From contig OZ176050.1 in the NCBI GenBank assembly GCA_964247055.1, positions 7,068,001-7,132,000 on the forward strand: a stretch of DNA of 64,000 bases, written 5' to 3'. Made by a program: the position numbers and the translations under genes. A model generated the notes under the pieces. It saw only the letters and a list, made by a program, of their open reading frames with translations, did no database searches and had not been told where the DNA came from. Positions 24,599 through 39,227 of this stretch are shown piece after piece; the first letter of the stretch is position 1, and each line of letters starts with the position of its first letter. This DNA is from Paragordius varius. Its lineage: Eukaryota > Animalia > Nematomorpha.

Positions 24599-27500
24599 CT
24601 AATTTGAAATATAATTTTCACAAAATGTTTCAACCAAATAATCGGTTTGCCTGTCTTTATAATTATTATTTGTAACGTCGGATATAGTAGTTGTTGAATG
24701 CCAAGTTTTATAGAATAAAATTTTGTGAAACAAAGGTAGCAATGGTTGAAAATTTGAAATTTTTGTAATACCCAATAAGGTCAATGGATGATGGCCTTTG
24801 GCTGAATAAATATTTTTGTCAGCAATGTTTAAAGGATCATAATATTGCACAAAAAATTGAGCTATCCTCTGAAGTTTTGTCAATCCATTCATGTTATTAT
24901 CATTAGCAACGTTTTGGGGAAATTCATATTCTCCATTTCCAACAAAGCACCAAGCAGACCTAAATATAATTGTAGATTTATTTCAATTTAAAGTTATGAC
25001 AGATATATATACGTTTTGAAATAGCTTGATTGTTGGGGTAGGAGACTTAGGGCAAGATCCAGAAAGCGACACATCATAAGGCAAAGTTTCAAAGCTGAAG
25101 GTGGTAATGGAGCTAATTGCATTTGTTTCTCATTGAGCCTCCATATAAGATTTTTTTCAGCTACCCTTTATATAAAATGCAAAATTAAAATATGCAAAAA
25201 AATATTAAAAATGTGTTCATTTAAATTTTATGAACTTTGACAAACGTTTTAGTTTTTTGTCTTAATTAAAATTCCATACCATTATAAAAATTATTAAAAA
25301 TTTGAACAAAATAATTTTAAGCGTAGATAAAACACCATTTTGTTGGATATTTGTTTTGAGCGAATTGTTTTTATTTATATTAGACAGACATGTAGATACC
25401 ATGGTAGAAAAGCACGGTCAACTACTATTGAACTTTAACTCGCAAAAAATATTATTATAACTTGTAACATTTTCACAATAAACACCGATATCATACAAAT
25501 TACATTTGTTAGACAATAAATATTGTAATGCATGCGGTATTACACTTAATTATTTGTCATAACTAATATAAAATATATATCGATATTTCCATTATAAAAA
25601 GCAAAGCTTACGAGTTATTTGAAGTTTGGTAAGAACCATCAATATTATCATCCAATCCACTTTTGATAGGTGTAGTATTTTGTAAGGGTGAAGGTGAGAG
25701 CATACGCTTAAAAGCCAAAACCCAAACATACCATTCATCAATGATCCCAAAACAGAGTGTCATTATGGCCGGCCAAAGTGAGGTAAGCCGCGCATCAGAT
25801 AAACGCAAAAGTAAACAGCTAATAATGACATGATATAATTAAGATTTTGGACTAAAATACCAAAAATACATATTCGATTTCAATAGTAATCAGTTTATTT
25901 TTTATAAGCAAAGCTTAAAATATAATACCGGACCCATGAAAGCCTTAACTTGCATGCTCAATAAAAAAATTGTGTAGTTGATTTAAACCTCTACATAATT
26001 ACACAGAGAAAGTCCAAGAATACCTTAATACTCTATAACAACACGACATAACGGATTTGATTATTTAATAAAAGTAATTCATTTGACAGGACCTATCATG
26101 ATTATTGGAAATTTTTTTCCATATTTGCTTGTTTATATTTCAAAACGCTACCTGAAACACAGTAACAATTGCGATAAGGTATCATGTTTGAGAAGTTGCA
26201 TTTGCCTTTGTGGGCCAGATATTGGAAATGTCGAGCCGGAGGAAACATTTACATTAAGTCCGGAGGCATTTTCATCGTTTGTATCTAAGGCCTCCATCCC
26301 AATAGGCAAATCAAACAAGGGTAAAACTAATCCTTCACTCATGGTTATGCAATTTGTATAATCCACAATCTTTTCTGTTGAGACAAGGAAAAATGTATGT
26401 AGTTATGTATATACAACACGATTTTCGTTTTAAGAGTTTTTGAGTATATTTAATTATAAAAAAGGCAAGGCAAATATCAAAATATGTTTGCCCATAGCCT
26501 ATTAAAATAAGAATTGATATATACATAGTGGATGTAAATTTTAAGTTTAATTTGTTAAAATATAGTGTGTTACAAAGAGATACTGCCAATTTCTAAAGGG
26601 GATAAAACAAATATAAATAAAGTTAACCTTGAATATCAGGTAACATTTTTTCGTATTGGTTAAATTTTCCGGTCAAAATAATAAATGTTAAGCGTTTAAG
26701 CCAAGAGAGGCGATTAAAATTTTCTTGTTCGGTGCGTGAAAACAATTGAAATAGGGAGGATGTGACATTAACATTCAATGAACTAAGATGACCTAATAGG
26801 AAATATTCGTAAAAAACTTTGCATTATTAAATTAATTATAGGAATATTAATATTATATCTATATATAATAGGTAGGGTTAAAATTATAAGTGTTAAGAAT
26901 CCTTAAATGCATGAATGTAATTGCATAAATTCTATCATTATAAAAACAACTGATATTTAGATGAAAGCATAAATTTAATAAAACATGCGTTTTTTAATAG
27001 GGTATATTGCGCTCTACTTACTTATAATATCCTTAAAATATGTTGCATCCGATCGTATAATGAAATTTAAAGCGAGTCCCAAAGATTTGAGACTGGTAAC
27101 GTTCGAGGTTCGAAAAAAGTTAGAATCACAAAAGATTTCCCATAATTCCTTTCGGATTATTCGTGCAAATGATATTTGTGGCGATAAAGAACTATTTTGA
27201 TTGGTCATATTATCTGATAAATCGTTTAGTGTAATGTTGGTATTTGGCTTTTTATTGGGTGAATGCGTTGACATACCATCCTCCAGGTTCAAAAAAGTGG
27301 AACTTTTATTATAAAAACTTGTGTTGAAACTTGGATCAAATATACCGTTGAGAATTCGGCAAGAGGCTTCGAATGCGGGTGCATTGAAGGAACTATTTAT
27401 TAAGAAAAAAAATAATCAAGTATATATTTTTATTTCAAAATTTTAAAACCAAAATTAGTTTATTAGACAGAGTTTCAATGAAAAACATAATTATACCTGC

Positions 27501-30500
27501 GTTCCCTGAGGTACGGAAAAATTATTGGAGTTACCAGCGTGTATAAATATAGGCGACTACCGTTGTATGAATGCGATTCCTTGGAGGTTTGTTGGTAGAT
27601 GATATTTAATGCAGAAAACATATACTAGAGAAAAGATTTTGATTGAACATATTAAATGTTTTTTATAGAAGAAATATTTATAAATAAAACCTATTAATAA
27701 CAACATTCATTATAAATAATTAGGCACTATTCGGTTATCCATATCAAGAAACTTATTTATAAATCCTGTAATATTGGGTATTTTAACTTTTTTGAAGTTT
27801 TCAATGTTTTCTAAAGTATCAGATAAAAAGGTTTTAAATATATTTATCATGATTTTCAAGAATATTAGAATTTTTATTTAATCATGCGGTGTAAAAATAA
27901 AATTATTATATTTCTTTAACAACATATTCATGCGTTTTTGAAACATTCAGTCTCTTTGTAATAATAACTTCCACAACCTTAATTTTTGGTTATCTTTAAT
28001 GGTTTTACCAATTTAAATGCAAATTTTGTGTGTTCAATTTCAGAAGAGTTTAAGTCAATTTACCATTTAATCGATTTCAAAAAATGTGGAGATAAATAAG
28101 AACATTGCCAATATATAAAAATGTTAAATGATTACTTATAAATACATATTTTTAGTTATTTACAGTATATCCCAGGCAACTTAATTGTAAATCTTCATAT
28201 AAGTCCCAACATTTAAATAAAGATTAATTTTGTTCCATGAAAGCAAAAAATATAAAACAAGACCTACCTTTGATAATGCATTTAAAGCATAAACATGTAT
28301 GATTTCTTGTGCGTAGGGGCTCAATATTACACGGAAGAGCAAATCATCATCCATGACAATCTTTAAATTATGGTTGGCGGTAAACAATTTGTTACGAGTA
28401 TGGGATGAATATACATGTGATAATGTTTTTAAGACACCCCTAAAATTTTCCGATAATATTGTCCATCTTTCGGAGCACATGTCAACACTAGCTTTTGGTA
28501 TTAAAAGACGCTTAAATGAATCACCGACTATGGGATAGGTTGCACCATTCTCATTCTGAGATGGTTTACCGTCAAAAGTTATGTAAGATGCGCATACTTT
28601 TTCTATGTGGTTTAAATCAAAATGTTGTGTTTGAAATAGATGATATTTACGTTGGGGTGAGAACCCTTCAAGTTGAACAGGATACGAATCGGAATCTAAA
28701 GTGGATTGATAAATGGTTACATCTCCGCTATTAATGTTTGTAGCTGGTATATCATCAATGTCTTTAGAAATATTAGGCACCAAATTTTTAGGGTTTTCAT
28801 CAGCAAAAAGAGTATTATTTGAGTTGGGATTTTGTTCTTCTGCAAGAGAGTCAGGTTTGGAATCAATGGACATGGGAAGCACATTTATATTAAGTTCATT
28901 CGATTCTGGTAATGTTAATGACATTGGTCGATAATTGGGAGTATTTTGACCACTTAAATATTGTCGGTCATCAAGGTTTAAAGAATAATCGGATGGTAAA
29001 TGAGGAGCTGTTGAAATACTTTCATTCTTTTTGGCTATAGCAAAAATCAACATAAACCTTTTTAAAATTTTTTTTGTGGTTTCGCGATATAACCATAAAA
29101 AATATTTTGTGCCTAAAATTTTCATCCACTATTTAATTATTAAGGTTTATGGATAAATTTGTGAAAATTTGTTGTTACAAAATCCATAAAAACAAACGAG
29201 GCCTTGCCTTATTTTATATAGAGGATTGATAAAAAACAATTTTTTTCGAATTTGTCCAAAGTAGTAACTAACTTGATTAACGAAAATAAATAATAAAAAA
29301 ACCTATACGCAAGACTATAACTTACGGGATTGAAAAACATTTAAGTATACAAACCAATCAGTTTTACAGCCCTAAAAATGAACATAGAATATATAAATTA
29401 AAATTACATTGTTTTTTCCGTTTACGGGGTGACAGGGAGTAATTATTAAATGCAAATTTAGTTAGTTGAGCATGAAAAGGATTTGGACTAGACGGGTTAC
29501 TTCGCGTCGGAGAATGTAAATTGTGGTGATTCGGCGAAAATCGATAAAATTTATGTTTAAGTTTGATTGGTGAAATACCGCTAGATCCCGTACCTATTTG
29601 TGGCGTTAGTAAAGCTTTGCTCCTTCGATGATCAATAATCGGAGACATCCTGTGTTTAATGTCAGGAGAAGGGGCCTAAATCAAATTTATAACAATTTGA
29701 ATGTTGGTGTCTCGAAATTATAAATCAAAATTATTTTAAAATTTATGAACATAAAAATTTTTATTACTCTCTGTGATATTGATATGATGGGGTAATTGTT
29801 ACGGACAACCTGGGGCACCTTTTTAAATATGTTCCATGAACTGGTTGTCAAAGATCGGGAAGCTAGGAAGAAAATGGATTCACACATTTCCTGTAAAGTA
29901 TTTCTTAAACTATTGTTATATATAGGCGGTTGAAGCCTAAACCTCATAACATTTAAGCAATTATTAAAGTTCCGTAAGGCTAAGATAATCAACGGTAATT
30001 TTTTCAATAATTCAATGCATTGCAAGTAAACGGGGTCATTTAACAACTGATTAAGGACACAAGTTTGGACCAATGTAAGAAAGCTATGGCTTTTGGCATG
30101 ATCGTTTGTGTCGAATGAATACCGACAAAGTTTATATATTAAATCTAATGTAATGGTTAATAAAAGAGTATCATATTCGTAGGGATATGTAACATCCTTC
30201 CCATCTAACCTAAAATTCACATCATCCAATTTTGGCTGATTCATATTGGTAGGAGCAAGTGGTTTATCACGCAGGAGTTGAAGCATTAAAACATGCAAAC
30301 GGTAAATGATAAGAACTGTAGTTATGGACTTAACCAAGGGGCCATAAAGTAATGTATCAAGTTTCGTCGTATAATCTGGCAAATCTTTAATGGCATCCAT
30401 AGAAGCAATGGAATCTGAGGATATTTGATCGATACATTTGTAAAGTAATGATTCAAGGTTTGAATCAATCAGATTGTGGTGGTATGCTTCATTTTCCTTT

Positions 30501-33500
30501 TCGTTTTTGGGATCCGTCATCAAGAGTGTCTGGTATATGTGAGCAATCCTAAACAGGAGACTTAATAAAAACGTATCTAAATTGGTAAAGGCATCATTTG
30601 CCAATGTTATTTTCTCCCACCAAGCTGAAACCATTTCTAGGAGCGGTAATAATGGTTCTTTATTTAACTCGACACTATCGTTTTCTAGTTTGTCCATAGA
30701 TGGCATTATGATATAAAGGAAGGAATTTATCGTATCATTTAACCCAAAAAACTGCTGTAAAACTATATTAATACACCATTTCCAAGATACATCTTGGTTC
30801 CGTTGCTGAGTGTAAACGAATGAAAGACATTCCAAATACAGTGGATTATAGTATATCCAACAACATTTTGCCAATAAACTAGGATTTAAAACTAAATTAT
30901 TGAATATATCATCGTTTGATGGCGTGTTGTTTGTCAGGGGGGCATTGGAAGATTTAATACTAATCGAATCTAAATGTTTAACTACTTCGACAAAATTTAA
31001 TGGTATATTTGCATTTTTAAACAAACTTTGAGATCGATGATGGCCTTTCTGTTCTAGCAGTTGTAAAAGGATGGTTGTTGTCCATTTTTTATAAACATCA
31101 TCTTCTTGTATGTTCATAAACGTAGAATAAGAATCGATAATTCTAAGGATTAATCCGAAAATTGATTGCAAATCTTTCAAATTCTTCTCAGTTATATGTT
31201 GGAAACTGTTTGCAGTTTGAATCGCCTCCATTATACCATCAATAATTTTTAGTGTTACAACATTAGCTATTTGAAAAAGGGTTAATATAAATTTAGTGAA
31301 AAAATGTTTAATATTTAGTTGAATGTTTATTTTGTTCGGATTCGTTGCTTGGATTTCCTTTTCTGTACATAAATTTTGAGATAACACGATAAGATAATTA
31401 GTAATTATATCAAAAAGATGAAGCCAATTAAGTCTTTCGCTTTCTTGTATGTCAAGTGTATCTTGGTTTGATTCGTTATATAAATGAAGATAAATTACCA
31501 AAATCACCGGTAAATACATTTGTTTTGACAAAGTGTGGTTTGATATCACATTATGAGTTATTATGGATTCAGCAATAAAAGAATGAAGATGGCCAGTATT
31601 TTCGTTATTAGTTTCAAATTCCTCCTATAAATATGATAAAAATTGTTAAAAAAATCTGCAAGAAATCATCGAAATACAATTTATAAGCTTACATGAGTAT
31701 TTGTTGAAAACTTCCAATTTATGCAACAAACGGCCATCCTTAGTATGGCATGAATGATTGCTAGTTTTTGTTTGATAAAGGATGTGCAAGTCGTAAATGC
31801 CTCATTGTACAGGATTAAATCCTTTAAGAATAAGGTAGAAAGGGTATTTGGATTTAGTTTTTGTAATTGATCGGAATCATTTTTGTCATCACGATGTGGT
31901 GATTGACATGATATTCGTGTAATGAGTAGTACATAGTTTTGTAGGGTGGATAAAACCTATAATTATTATGGTTAATAAAAGCATGCATGTAAAAAATAAA
32001 AAATACCTACCTTGTAACGATCAAAACAATGCTGGAAAAGTTTTTTCAATTTTACCGATGTATTTAAGGACGAATAACAATCCATAAAATGTGACAAGAT
32101 ATTTAGCAATACCAAAGAATTTTCAGCAGAAATCGATATAGATCCTTTAGATTTATGTTCATTTTCTTTTAAATCATTCGGGGTAGTGGTGTTTAAAAAC
32201 AAAGCATTGATTAGAGTACTAAATGTATCGAATATAACATCATAGAATTTTGTCAAATTATGATAACTTTCCATGAGTCCGATCTCAATGATGGGCATTT
32301 GTAAAATAAATATTTTTAATTTGTCCGAAAGCAAGTTTGAATTAAATAGGGAAGCAAGAATATTGAGAGATAGATTAAGTTTATTTGGTTTGTATTCATG
32401 GAGGAGGGTTAAAGGATACCAAGTTGTTTCAGAAAATTTACAGTCATTTACAGTGTGATCAAATTCTAAGGCCCGTTTCTGTAAGTAATGAGTAAATATA
32501 AATTTGGTGGAAGCATTATAATCAATGCTAGATTGATTATTCTTAATATCATTGCATATGTTAATGCTATTATCTAGGGGATTGTAGGATAAATTACAAT
32601 TTACCTCATTATCATCATTTTGAACTCGGTTAATTACAATAAATTGCTTCAATGATTTTATTTCAGCAATTATGGGATTAAATAAAAGTTGCAATGTAAG
32701 TTCAGGACTAGATAAACGGTGGTGAGAATTTTGAATCGATGAATTCCCACTCAAATCAGATAAAAACGTCAACAAATCGATGACACAAAGTTGCAATGAT
32801 GTTTGACCAAAACAATCATCGGTATTGTTCGAAGTATGTATCAAACTTAAATACAGAAATGTCGATTGGGGTAATATCATTTTCGAGAGCAATGATTCAG
32901 CCATCTCATGAGACGTGTTTGGGAAAAGGTGTAAAAATATGGGAATATATGACCACAAACTGGTTAACCTATTAACAGCTTGGAGACAAGTCGTTCGTGT
33001 CTCATCATTATGAACTGTCAACTGATGCGCAATCAATGTATCAAGGTATGATACGGTATCGATATCATCAAAAATGGGTAATTGCAAATTATATGTACAT
33101 GGTAGAGTTTGAAGTTGAGTAAACGCAAGCAAAAACAAAGTTAACTCTTGTTTGTGCGATAACTGTTGAATGGCCGTCATAGTTTCAACAGCACAATCAA
33201 TATTATTGAAGGTGTTGGAGACCCGTGAAAACCATGCATTATCTTGACTAGACCAATCCATATTATCCCAAAGATCCTTTATTAGTGTCAACCAAACTTC
33301 ATTTTTTCTTGCCTCAGGGAGTAATGAGGTCACATTATTGTTCTTTTTTGTTTTAATGCATATGAGAGAATAAAGATAGGTTAAGAATGCCGCAACTTCG
33401 ATTCTGTAATCAGAATTCAATGTATAAAAGTTTTGATTTTGAAGAGTTATATTACCAAACTGACTGGTTATGTAAGAGAGTACCATATCACCTTTTGTGG

Positions 33501-36500
33501 TGTTAAACGAAATTAAAAAAGTATATGTAGCAGTATTATACATAGTGAATAATATATAATCCATAGAATGATGCATTTGTGCATCAGGACTTTTATTGTC
33601 TAACCCAGGTTTGTTCAAAGTTACATTTTCATCGCCTGATTCCTTTAAATTATTGGAGAATGGGTGTTGTTTATCAGATTGTAAGCATTCATAAAAAGTA
33701 TTTAACTGATAAAAAACTAGAGTATCCACAATTATATCGAAGGCATTGATACAATACCAATGTTTGGTAACAGATTGTTTATCAAATATGTTGGTAACAT
33801 CAAAATCTTGCAAAAAACATAAATCCTGAAAACAATGACAAGGTTTGTTAGAAAAAGTAATATCTTTTTTATGGTCAATAATGGCTTTGACAGGTGCCAA
33901 ATCATTATGTAGCTTTTTAAGAAATGTAAGTAGCCCGATTGTTACTCCCTTGGTTTCATTTATTTTAAGTTTGTTAGTTAGAAAGCGATAAGCTTGATCC
34001 TTTATAATATTCTCTGTTTCCTCAGATGATGTGTATCTGTTAGTTTTAGATAATTTCCAATTTTTTAACCATTCTAATGATTTTGACAACTTAAAACTTT
34101 GATCAAAAGATATCATGGGCTCTGACCATGTACTTGTGGCTAAATGATATTTTATCCATGCAAATTTAGCTGCGAAAATTTGCAACGGTTCTTGTAAAGC
34201 GCCAAGAAGAGATGCATTATTACATATATCAATCATGTGGTTTGGGGTGACAATAAAAATTACCAACATTAGATTGTTTAAAAAATTTACAGTTTTATCG
34301 ATTAGTGATTGTTTTACATCAATTTCATTTTGCAAAAAAGTGGGATTGTTGCATAGTGCACGGAACATACTTTGTAAAAATTTAGAGAGCATATAAAAAA
34401 TTTCAATAATTTCACCAGTCAATGCCTCTAGATCCTCACACATTTCACCCGAACAAGCAAACAAGGTGTGAAACCTCTCTAATACATCATCAATCCATGC
34501 GCGATAAAATGCGTTTCGCAAAATTGGATTCTCAAACAATTTCCTAATAGATGTCCAATGTCTAACAAGCAGGTAATCAGTGCCATAACTTTGTATTGCA
34601 GTAAGATTGGAAATGTTTATACAATAATTAATAATATCCAATTTTAAGTGCTTTAACAACATTAAACCCAGTAGGGACTTTGGGGTTTGGGATGTATTAG
34701 GGGTTGTAGTTGTGAGTTGTTCCGAACTGCTTGTACTATTTTCCTTGGAAGCTAAAGAGTCCTCAGTAGATTCTGTTTTACGGTTGCTAATATCGTTAAT
34801 AATATTTAAAGTATTATAATTGGTGTCAAGGCTTTGTGATTGAGGTATACCCATTTGTACTGGGGACAGGACAGCGCAATACTGAACCAATATGTAAAGA
34901 GTGTGTAAGGGATTATTTTTTAATTTAGGAGCAATATCGGCCAACTTGGGGTTAGTATTTAAGGAAACTAAAGCATCATAATTGTTATTAGATAGGCAGG
35001 TATCGTAATGCCTTATAGAAAATGTATTGCTTTCTTGCAAAAATAATTCAAACGCTTGGGTAAAACAAGGGTATAGAAGCATAAAAGCCACGACCTCTTC
35101 AGAAAGATTTTGATGCGAGGAAAACTCAATTCTAGACGAATAAATAGAATCATCTTTGGCTGACAAGTTAATTGGTAAAACTGTGGAGGAGGCCAATGAA
35201 TCATGAGACTCCGTCGTATTCAACGTATCTTCCATGCCTATTTTAAAATCCGTATTTGGGTTTACATAATTTTGATAATTGGGTAATGGCTGCTTGCTTT
35301 CTTTTCCTGGCGTGATTTCATTTATGTTAGAATCTCTGTCTGATATAAGCATGTGATCGACAGTGTCGGAGTAATTAACAACAGACTTAAGATTTGATGA
35401 ATTCTGTTTAGGGTGTGCGGTCATAATAATACCGGAACTATACTCTGGCTTTTTGGGTAATTGACCCAAACTATTTAAGGCAAAGGTATCTCTCACGTCA
35501 GGGAATATAGAATGTGATGCGGCATGTTTAAATTTGGGTTTCAATGAGTGGTCCGGCTCTAAACCATAATTATTTTTTGCGGCACTTTTCTTTATCATGC
35601 AATAGTAGGAGTCATCCTTGGAACCCATTCTCCGATGTTTTTTGTGAGATGCGCTTGCAAAATTAATTTTTGGTAATGGTGTGAGCGCTAAATCAGCCCT
35701 AGTGGACATTGAAAGTGGCGTAGGGACCTTAAAACCACTACCCGGAAACATGGATGAACGTTGTTTTGTATCGATTTCTGATGGCAAAAACCAAGAGATA
35801 ATTCGTTTTTGCAACGTTGTATTGCGTTGATTAAAAGTGTCCAACAAAATTCCAATCAATGTATTTATTGATGTATGAAGTGAATCACCAGGGTGGTATT
35901 TTTTCTATAATGGAAAATAGAGTTAAACAGAGAATCTGGGATTTTATTGAAATATTATAATTGCTATATAAAAACTTGAGCTATGGCAAAAATTATTTAA
36001 AAACAATAAAAAAACTAAAATTGAATAATAGGTGGTAAAGGTTGACTAATATAAATTTTAACAAATTATAAGGATGATTATCCCTACATCATAAAAATAT
36101 TAAACATAAATTAATCCCGATTAGTAAAAATATTATTTTCATATTGAATCAATATCGATGGTGTCATAAAAGTACAATTGATTGGGTCTTTTTAAATGGT
36201 AAATACATAGAAAAATAATTGGGACCCAGTTCAATTTTTTGCTTAAATTATACACATTATGTAGGATTTTAGCTATGAAAATAAATATTTGCGATTTACA
36301 TTTTTTAATTTATTAATAAATAGATTCTTATAACAAATAACCGAGGACAAATATATATGTTAAGTAGCTACCTGTAATTTAACGCAATCAAGAGGATCAA
36401 TATAAATTCTTAAAGCGTCAAGGGCGTTTCTTTTTATAAGTATGTTATCGTCATTTAAAATATCCACAAAGGACTGAAATATAATATTTAATTGAGTGGT

Positions 36501-37236
36501 TTTTTTTTCATCCTCATACATTGATGAAAGTATGGGGCGGAATTTTAGCCGATTATCTAAGAGGTATGCTAAAACACCGGCCCGTGATGGAGTTGATAAA
36601 CTCATAGTTGAATATAAGGAGCAAATAAAATTAATACATTTTTCGTGTGCCTCATCATATTTGATAAATGCATCAAAGATATTATCTAAAAGTTTGGTGA
36701 CTTTTTTAATAAAATCCGATCCTTGTTCCAATCCAGGAAAAGTGCCCAACAATATGCCACTCAAGCATTGGTTAATTAGAAAACATGTTTTTTTATCTTG
36801 TAATAAGGGTAAGATTAAATAATTTTCATATAAATGTAAAATTATTGGTTTTGTTGCAAGTGATGTTTTGCAGAATAATGGAAAAATTCCAAAAGTAAAA
36901 AATGTATAATTCTAATATAATTAAACAATATACTTCAATCAAACGATCCTGCCCAATAGTTTTAAATATTTGCTCATATATTTGCAAAGCTTTGACATGA
37001 ACTCCGCTTGGTAAGGCTGGATGTAAACATTGAGCCAATCTTTTACTCAATACCAAAATCTTAGGAATGTTTTGCAAGTGTGGGTAGGTTAAGATTAACT
37101 ATATTATATAAAATCATACTTTTTGGATTTTTCCAAGAACTGATATTAAATCTGGCCATTCTTCAGTGTTTTCAAAACTTTTCAGAATCTTGTCCATAAA
37201 ATTTTCATAATTTTTAAAGTCCTTTTTAGATTCCAT
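24599..37236 (-). CDS. DOP1: Dopey/DOP1 (DOP1-MON2 trafficking regulator), multi-exon, probably >3000 aa; some 3' junctions unresolved
   Basis: N-terminal [34 protein letters not shown] (Dopey_N). C-terminal [35 protein letters not shown] and LLPLFHKI. Resolved exons: 37236-37120, 37098-36934, 36911-36372, 35904-32011, 31956-31693, 31624-29768, 29675-29408. Confidence 0.93.
26128..26151 (-). other. 24-nt GT-AG intron in Dopey
   Basis: GTAGCGTTTTGAAATATAAACAAG contains an in-frame TAG. Removal gives [11 protein letters not shown], which resembles Dopey QYQKYLPDIQ. Confidence 0.6.
36912..36933 (-). other. 22-nt GT-AG intron in Dopey
   Basis: GTATATTGTTTAATTATATTAG. Removal changes frame and gives [17 protein letters not shown], colinear with Dopey RLAKDLFLYSSGLFPLL. 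Confidence 0.9.
37099..37119 (-). other. 21-nt GT-AG intron in Dopey
   Basis: GTATGATTTTATATAATATAG has an in-frame TGA. Removal gives [18 protein letters not shown], the same spacing as Dopey GKLNK-VLQNNAKYQVV-PK. Confidence 0.9.
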
Positions 37237-39227
37237 ATGATTGTTACAGCATAAAATTATAGCATTCCTAAAAACAGTATAAATGCAAATAGTATAAATT
37301 GGCCGAATACATAGAATTTGGATTTTGATTTTCTATATAAAACTTTGCAATTTCTAATCAAACAAAATATCATCATGTATGCGCCAAAAAGGCTGGAAAG
37401 CATTATGCATAATGCCAATATGGACCTGGGGTCTAAAACCACCAAAAACTGTCGAATTACAGTGCGCAAATTTATGCTGGATATACATTGTTATTGGCCG
37501 ATTTGTTATATAGCGTCTGTATTAAACAAATTTCGGCCATTATTAAATAAACAAATAATTTAAAATATAGAAAAGTTGTTGTCTTTTCTGTCTATTCTAT
37601 TGGCACTCCCACAACTATAAATGCGAATAGGTCGGCATATATGTGTATATTACAATGAAATGGGTTTTATGGAAATTTAAGTCGTTTATATACTGGTCAT
37701 GCTTGCAAACGTCATGAAGTAAGCTCCAACAAACCTTTTATATAATTTAAATTTTAGAACAAAGAATGCCCTTCTAGAAAAATGTTGTTAGAAATAATCT
37801 AGCTCACAAGTATTAAACTGCTCACTGGCCGCATGATACTTTTTGATCTACTTAGTTGGAATATATTCAGGGGTCTAAATATCTTCTCAGAAATATATTT
37901 GAACAAAAATATGGATGCTTTTAGTGAATCCGGTTTTGAGCCTTAGAGACACTTAAAAGATAAACTGTCTTTATGTAATTGCACCATATAGGAAAATCGC
38001 AAATTTGACACATCTAAACAAAGAATTTCGGAGGCTACATGTTTTAAAAAATAATAATATTTAATTGCAAACTATAGTGGATTATGATTATCAATATCCA
38101 TATTAGATTGTTCAAACGTAGTGGTTATAACAAAAAAAATTAAAGTTACACAGACAAATCGTAAAAACATAAATACAGATATTTTTCAAAAGACAACCAT
38201 ATTATTGAACCTTAAGTTATCCTATATAAATAACACTGTGCAATAAAATATGGGGTCAATTTTCTGGACTCGATTTTCTAAATATTTTCTGATTCCTTAT
38301 AGTATTGTGATCAGATTTGCGTAAAAATTTTTTATACTTTCCCAGCTCGTTTTCAAGATATGGGACTTTTTCCATATTTGGACATATCCAAAATTTTCTT
38401 GTTTGTAAATATTTTTCGCTATGTAAACGAATAATATGTGGCTTACATAAGTATTTTTACAGGAAATTACCAATTTATCTTCGAAATAAAAAAAAAATTT
38501 ACTGAAAATATTCAATACTTTTTGTTTTAGGGGGCAAAAACCCTCAAAAATTGGGTAACTTAACATTTTTTCACACAAAATTTTTTTATCAATTTATTAA
38601 ATCAAAACAAACTTTATTATATGTTCTTGGATGTTGATAATGTTTGTTTAAATATAAATATCACTTTGTAATAGCTTTGTGGACTTTTATTTTTAAAAAT
38701 AAATTTAATTTTTACAGCTTTTTTGCTGCTTTTTTTATGTAAAAAATAATTTAATTTAGTCAGCTGTAAATACTAATTTCATTTTTTCATCTGAAATTTT
38801 TAAATATTTCCCTCATTTTAATACACTTTATATCATCTTTTTCATCAAGAATATTTTATTATATCAATATGTACAAAAAAAAATATAATTCTAACCCAAG
38901 TAATATATATATATATATCTATATATATAGGGTGTCCAACCGATAAAAATATAGTTTGCCACATCTGTGGACAATACACAAAAAAAACTAATCGGCTAAA
39001 CATTACCATTTACATAAAAAAACTCTTTTTTTTATATTTCAAACTTATTATGGGGGACCTCGATAAGAATTGGGCCCCGAACATCGTATGTCGGACATGT
39101 AGCTTTAGTTTAGGAGCATGGTACCACAAAACCGGACCTGGACTCCCTTGGGGTATCCCTATGATATGGCGAGAGCCGAAATCTCATTCCGAATGTTATT
39201 TTTGTGCAGTTCCAAAACCATATATTA

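Noticed and set aside
25914-25929. Candidate 16-nt intron (GTTATATTATTTTAAG) in Dopey
   Set aside because: Splicing leads to CTT TGC TTA TAA, a stop after three codons. The junctions in 25820-26100 remain unresolved.
29305-29371. Extra Dopey exon [15 protein letters not shown]
   Set aside because: Its acceptor phase (0) does not fit the upstream donor (phase 1). Skipping to 29207 keeps the frame.
26083-36822. Short plus-strand ORFs over Dopey (26083, 26985, 28353, 28713, 32273, 36496)
   Set aside because: They are antisense shadows of Dopey exons.
37257-37563. ORFs just upstream of the Dopey start
   Set aside because: No recognisable homology or convincing splice context. The region is likely promoter or decayed repeat.
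38297-38578. ORFs 38297-38578 and 38317-38505, with mirrors 45351-45632 and 45367-45612
   Set aside because: They lie in the transposon TIRs, appear twice only because of the inverted repeat, and show no recognisable motif.
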